Source: Novakomyces olei (taxonomy: Eukaryota). Taken from it: DNA of 64,000 bases. The notes below the pieces were generated by a model. The model had not been told where the DNA came from, did no database searches, and was given only the letters and a program-made list of their open reading frames with translations. The DNA lies in contig JADEYG010000012.1 of NCBI GenBank assembly GCA_016906335.1, forward strand, positions 806,001 to 870,000, read 5' to 3'. Below, piece after piece: positions 61,278-64,000 of this stretch; the stretch's first letter is position 1, and every line of letters starts with the position of its first letter. The position numbers and the translations under genes were made by a program.

Positions 61278-62711
61278 ATGGGCGGTATTTGCGGCAGTAG
61301 TGTATTTTACTTTGCAATTGGTGCCGCCGCAGGCATTTCCTTACTGTCCGCGCTCACTGCAGCCAGGTCCAGCCCCCCCGCAGGAGGCAGTCGTGTGCTT
61401 CTCTCACCGGCACCGGACAAGATCGAGGAGGCCAATGCCTCTACGCCGTACCCTGAAGACTTCTTCCCCGGCGGCGAGTACGTGGACACTCCTAATGGCG
61501 CTCGGCTGCGCGTGTACACTATGGGACCCGCCGACGGCGAGTGTATCATTATGGTCCACGGCATAGTGAACCCGTGCATCGTGTTCAAGCAGCTCGCCTA
61601 CCGCCTGGCCGAGCAGGGCTTCCGCGTGGCCGTCTTTGACCTGTACGGCCGAGGCTACTCTGACACTCCGCTATGTGCACATGACACTGAGCTGTACTGC
61701 AACGCGATCTGCTACGTGGCACTCCACGTCCAGGCTGCCTCGTTCCACCTGCTGGGCTACTCCCTTGGCGGAGCGATTGCCTTGGCCTTTGCCGGTACTT
61801 TTCGGGGGCCGGTTGTCCGCTCACTCATACTCGTAGGGCCCGCGGGCCTTGCGAAACGACGTGACCTTGGCTGGTCCATTAAGCGGCTGGTACGGGACAA
61901 CTGGCTGCCTGGGTTTGCCGTAAGGCACTTTGAACGGGATCTTTTACCCTCTCAACCGCCAAGGGCACAGCAGTCAGAGGGCAATTGGAGCCCAGACTGG
62001 GATACTATCCGTGATCGGACGGCTAATCCGCCCGTGGCAGTGACGGAGTGGCAATTGGCCACTCACCCGGGATTTTGGCCGGCTTACGTGTCAAGCTACA
62101 TAAACTGCCCTCTGTTTGATTCCCAGGGACTCTACCGTCGAGTCGGACAGTTTCTGCCCACTGAACTGCCCGTGCTTGCGCTCTATGGAGCAGCAGACAA
62201 GACTGTAGACGAGGCTCAGCGGCAGGAGGCTCAAGACCTGCTACCACACGCTCATTTTTTCACGTTCTCCGATGCCGGTCACGAACTGATCATTACACGG
62301 TACAAGCTGATAGCTGACCGTATTGCTGCCTTTTATGAGCACATCACTGCTGGAGGCATAGCTCCCTTGACGAGTAGCGATAGCAGCTCTAACCTGTCAG
62401 AGACCTCGTACCAGCACGTGACTCACTTTCAAAACTCGGCAAACAGTGTCAGCAGCAGTATGGGCACTACCGCTTCGCCTTCACTGACTCCTCACAAATC
62501 CAACCAAGCATCTCATTCGCATTCGCATCAGAATCAGCATCATCATACTCCTCCTGATCCGAGTTACTTGAACCATGCAAACCAGCATCTTTACAGGCAC
62601 TCTTCACTCGGCCGACGTTCACGTGCAACGCCACGCAGCAGTATTGACAGCACCAGCAGCCATGGCAGCTCGTCCAGTATGGCGCGAAGGCGGCTTCACA
62701 CGGCGGCCTAG
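61278..62711 (+). CDS. Alpha/beta-hydrolase with N-terminal membrane anchor and Ser/His-rich disordered tail
   Basis: Motifs VHGI, FDLYGRGYSD, nucleophile elbow GYSLGG, YGAADKTV (Asp) and AGHE (His). Confidence 0.9.
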   Translation: MGGICGSSVFYFAIGAAAGISLLSALTAARSSPPAGGSRVLLSPAPDKIEEANASTPYPEDFFPGGEYVDTPNGARLRVYTMGPADGECIIMVHGIVNPCIVFKQLAYRLAEQGFRVAVFDLYGRGYSDTPLCAHDTELYCNAICYVALHVQAASFHLLGYSLGGAIALAFAGTFRGPVVRSLILVGPAGLAKRRDLGWSIKRLVRDNWLPGFAVRHFERDLLPSQPPRAQQSEGNWSPDWDTIRDRTANPPVAVTEWQLATHPGFWPAYVSSYINCPLFDSQGLYRRVGQFLPTELPVLALYGAADKTVDEAQRQEAQDLLPHAHFFTFSDAGHELIITRYKLIADRIAAFYEHITAGGIAPLTSSDSSSNLSETSYQHVTHFQNSANSVSSSMGTTASPSLTPHKSNQASHSHSHQNQHHHTPPDPSYLNHANQHLYRHSSLGRRSRATPRSSIDSTSSHGSSSSMARRRLHTAA

Positions 62712-63205
62712 ATCGGATACCCTATTTATTTGTATTTGTATTTCTGTCTATTATGAACTCGTCCATTCATTCTTCAAAAATTGTCTTGAATCGTTCTCGT
62801 TTGCATTTCATACTGCTGGAATTTCGCCATAGCTACGCAAAGTATTTGAATGTTTTGTGCAGCAAGTTGTAGACTTGGCCTTTTAATGGCCCAAACGTTC
62901 GGGATTGGAAATTTGAGTGACTGGCTGTACGCTAGTAGTACGTTGCTCTACTTGACGTTTCTGCATAATAAAATGATTGACTGGTGTTGAACGCAAGTTT
63001 ACTAATTATTATTTACCAATTATGATCTGCACTAGTAAACAAAGACATGCTAGTCTTGAACAGCTAAACATGTGACTAATTATTTGCAAGTTGGTCCAAG
63101 TTAAATTACAACGTCATTGCTAGAGACAGCCTCAATTGGTGTTTAACTCCGATTGGCGCCTCAAAGTAGACTCTAAAGGATTCCATTCATACACAGTGTC
63201 CGAAA

Positions 63206-63875
63206 TCACGCACTGCTCTTTTCCTGACCGGAGAGTAGAGTGAAAACAGGTGCACTGAGCTGATTGCGGCCCTTAAGGAACTCGAGTTCCATCAAGAACA
63301 CGTATTCCACCAACTCAGCGCCAAGCTGGGTCACTAGCTGGCCTGCAGCAGCAGCGGAGCCTCCAGTAGCAATTACATCATCGACTATAACTGCCCTTTG
63401 CCCTGGCTTTAAAGCGTCACGTTGCAGTTGGAACGAATCAACTCCATACTCCTTTTTGTACTCAGCCGAGACTATATCGCCGGGCAACTTTCCCGGCTTT
63501 CGAATCGGCACAAATCCACAGCCCAGGCGCAGAGCCAGTGCCGGTCCAAACAAAAAGCCTCGTGCTTCTAAACCCACGATTACATCGATTGATCCAAAGG
63601 TGCTGGTTATGTGCTGTTCTAGCGCAGATATCTTTTGATTATTAGCCGCACATTGACTCAATTCTACTTTTTGCTTCCATTTTGATTGCTGTTTTCTTAC
63701 CAATGCTGTGAAGGCTTCTACATCACTGAATATAGGAATTATCTGCCAATATTTAGTTTGTGCTTCAGACCCATAATGTTCGTACATCCTCAAACAGGAT
63801 CCCTTTTTGCGGGAAATCTGGGTATTGCCTTAATCGCGATTTTACCAGTCCGACGTGCTCATCGAAATGTCCCAT
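63206..63875 (-). CDS. apt1: Adenine phosphoribosyltransferase (3 exons)
   Basis: Motifs [36 protein letters not shown] and [10 protein letters not shown]. Confidence 0.96.
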
Positions 63876-64000
63876 ATTACTGGCAGCGGTTTGATTGGTA
63901 ATGCTGTCGCCTTTCTATTCCGTGCGGTCAGCGCTTCCTTTATTCTTTTCTATTATGCCCACAACCACCGATGGATGGGCGCATACTAGAATTGGAATTA

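Noticed and set aside
407-63901. Numerous 60-210-aa ORFs overlapping real genes on the opposite strand or another frame (for example 25624-26247, 27600-28241, 53757-54278)
   Set aside because: Shadow ORFs of conserved genes, with no recognisable motifs.

Overview
Gene-dense eukaryotic (fungal) DNA with about 33 protein-coding genes. Introns are short GT-AG with CTAAC/CTGAC-type branch points, some only 35-38 nt, and intergenic regions are AT-rich. Several proteins and the HomolE+HomolD promoter of rpl34 look fission-yeast-like, so I infer a basal ascomycete (probably Taphrinomycotina). The window also has an NDUFAF3-like complex I assembly factor, which argues against Schizosaccharomyces itself. 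Most genes are housekeeping: IMPDH with an intronic snR54-type snoRNA, malic enzyme, Oxa1, Ted1, importin-11, Pex2, Rpl34, Y14, RidA, aquaglyceroporin, Erg24, MFS transporter, Seh1, HD nucleotidase, Tlg1, Npa3, Srk1, Emp24, Use1 and APRT. Highlights: (1) a large Sestrin, a family absent from model yeasts. It keeps the GATOR2-binding DD motif, naturally carries Gln at the human E451 leucine-binding position, and lies about 1.6 kb from the GATOR2/SEA subunit gene seh1. (2) A histone deacetylase with metazoan class IIa (HDAC4-like) hallmarks, a catalytic Tyr and an N-terminal Tudor-knot/chromo-barrel. (3) An intronless, bacterial-looking 461-aa gene that is a candidate horizontal transfer. (4) A Pex2 whose RING finger has lost all four canonical ligands of one zinc site. 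(5) An aquaglyceroporin with SPV in place of the first NPA. No mobile elements, CRISPR arrays, tRNAs or rRNAs were recognised. All family assignments come from motif recognition from memory; no searches were run.
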